This document shows positions 63,773-64,000 of a stretch of DNA of 64,000 bases, piece by piece. The stretch lies in NCBI GenBank assembly GCA_964425765.1, contig CAYRNZ010000009.1, forward strand, positions 4,675-68,674, written 5' to 3'. The notes below the pieces were generated by a model that worked only from the letters and a program-made list of their open reading frames with translations, was not told where the DNA came from and ran no database searches. Numbering within the stretch: position 1 is the stretch's first letter; every line of letters starts with the position of its first letter. Made by a program: the position numbers and the translations under genes. The stretch is from an uncultured Synergistaceae bacterium (GTDB lineage: Bacteria > Synergistota > Synergistia > Synergistales > 79-D21).

Positions 63773-64000
63773 TCAGATATGCATGACCCCCAACCCGCAC
63801 CGTTCGTGGTGGGCAACCGCATGATAGGCCGTATCACCTACCATCGACACGGCGATCCAGTTCGCATTCCGGACGATGGCCAGTTTCGCCCCGATACTCG
63901 CCTCCAAGGTGCCGAGTGCAATGAACCCGTTGATTGCCTCAAGAGCCGCGTGCATCAGCGCATGCATCTCCCTGGGCTTCTTGTCCACGACGCCCGCGTT
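63773..64000 (-). CDS. hutP: HutP-family RNA-binding protein, C-terminal half (5' end beyond the right edge)
   Basis: The frame is open to the window edge. ...REMHALMHAALEAINGF...NWIAVSMVGDTAYHAVAHHERCGLGVMHI* parallels the B. subtilis HutP C-terminal half as I recall it (RESHALYHATMEALHG...DWIAVSLYGTIG...LEHETFGVGINHI*). Confidence 0.6.
   Translation of the reverse strand, partial: NAGVVDKKPREMHALMHAALEAINGFIALGTLEASIGAKLAIVRNANWIAVSMVGDTAYHAVAHHERCGLGVMHI

Noticed and set aside
1-64000. CRISPR arrays, rRNA genes, IS elements, prophage or defence systems
   Set aside because: I saw no spaced direct-repeat arrays and no rRNA signature sequences. No ORF has transposase, integrase, nuclease-helicase or toxin-antitoxin hallmarks. 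Every sizeable ORF is accounted for by housekeeping assignments, apart from the two plus-strand unknowns.

Overview
This 64-kb window is a gene-dense, moderately GC-rich bacterial chromosomal segment. All but three protein genes lie on the minus strand.

**Gene order, right to left (direction of transcription):**
- HutP-family gene fragment, rpmE, thyX, DUF1385, prfA, prmC
- trxB with an extra C-terminal domain, a PfkB-family kinase, a CBS protein, an LMW phosphatase, an M48 protease
- dnaX-dnaE, a TRAP (mtrB) homolog, pyk, a Nudix hydrolase, nfo
- cdaA-cdaR-glmM-galU-[glmS ribozyme]-glmS
- a short plus-strand island: PerR/Fur-like regulator, small membrane protein, orphan exported protein
- tRNA-Gly(CCC)
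- a nine-gene V-type ATPase operon plus a gamma-carbonic-anhydrase-like gene
- RNase P RNA
- a complete dcw cluster (mraZ to ftsZ)
- a radical-SAM/SPOR gene pair
- a molybdenum-cofactor block (two moeA, moaA, moaC, a mog-like gene)
- rapZ-yvcK-whiA
- the 5' end of a glycogen-debranching-enzyme gene

Gene content looks Firmicutes- or Synergistota-like: WhiA/YvcK/RapZ, CdaA/CdaR/GlmM, glmS ribozyme, V-ATPase, TRAP and HutP. I cannot assign taxonomy from this window.

I saw no rRNA, CRISPR array, transposase, integrase, phage or defence genes. I found no convincing new multi-gene system.

**Items most worth a second look:**
- a well-conserved TRAP homolog wedged between dnaE and pyk, with no visible RNA target
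- a HutP-family fragment at the right edge
- a glmS ribozyme sitting inside a co-directional cdaA...glmS array
- an LMW phosphatase whose catalytic loop lies upstream of any canonical start codon
- a TrxB fused to a CXXC-less thioredoxin-like domain
- the only opposite-strand island (PerR-like regulator plus two unknown envelope proteins)
- several operator-like repeats (MraZ boxes, a CRP-like palindrome)

**Limits:** all family assignments come from reading the supplied translations, and my own for two features, against motifs and reference sequences recalled from memory. No searches or computations were run.
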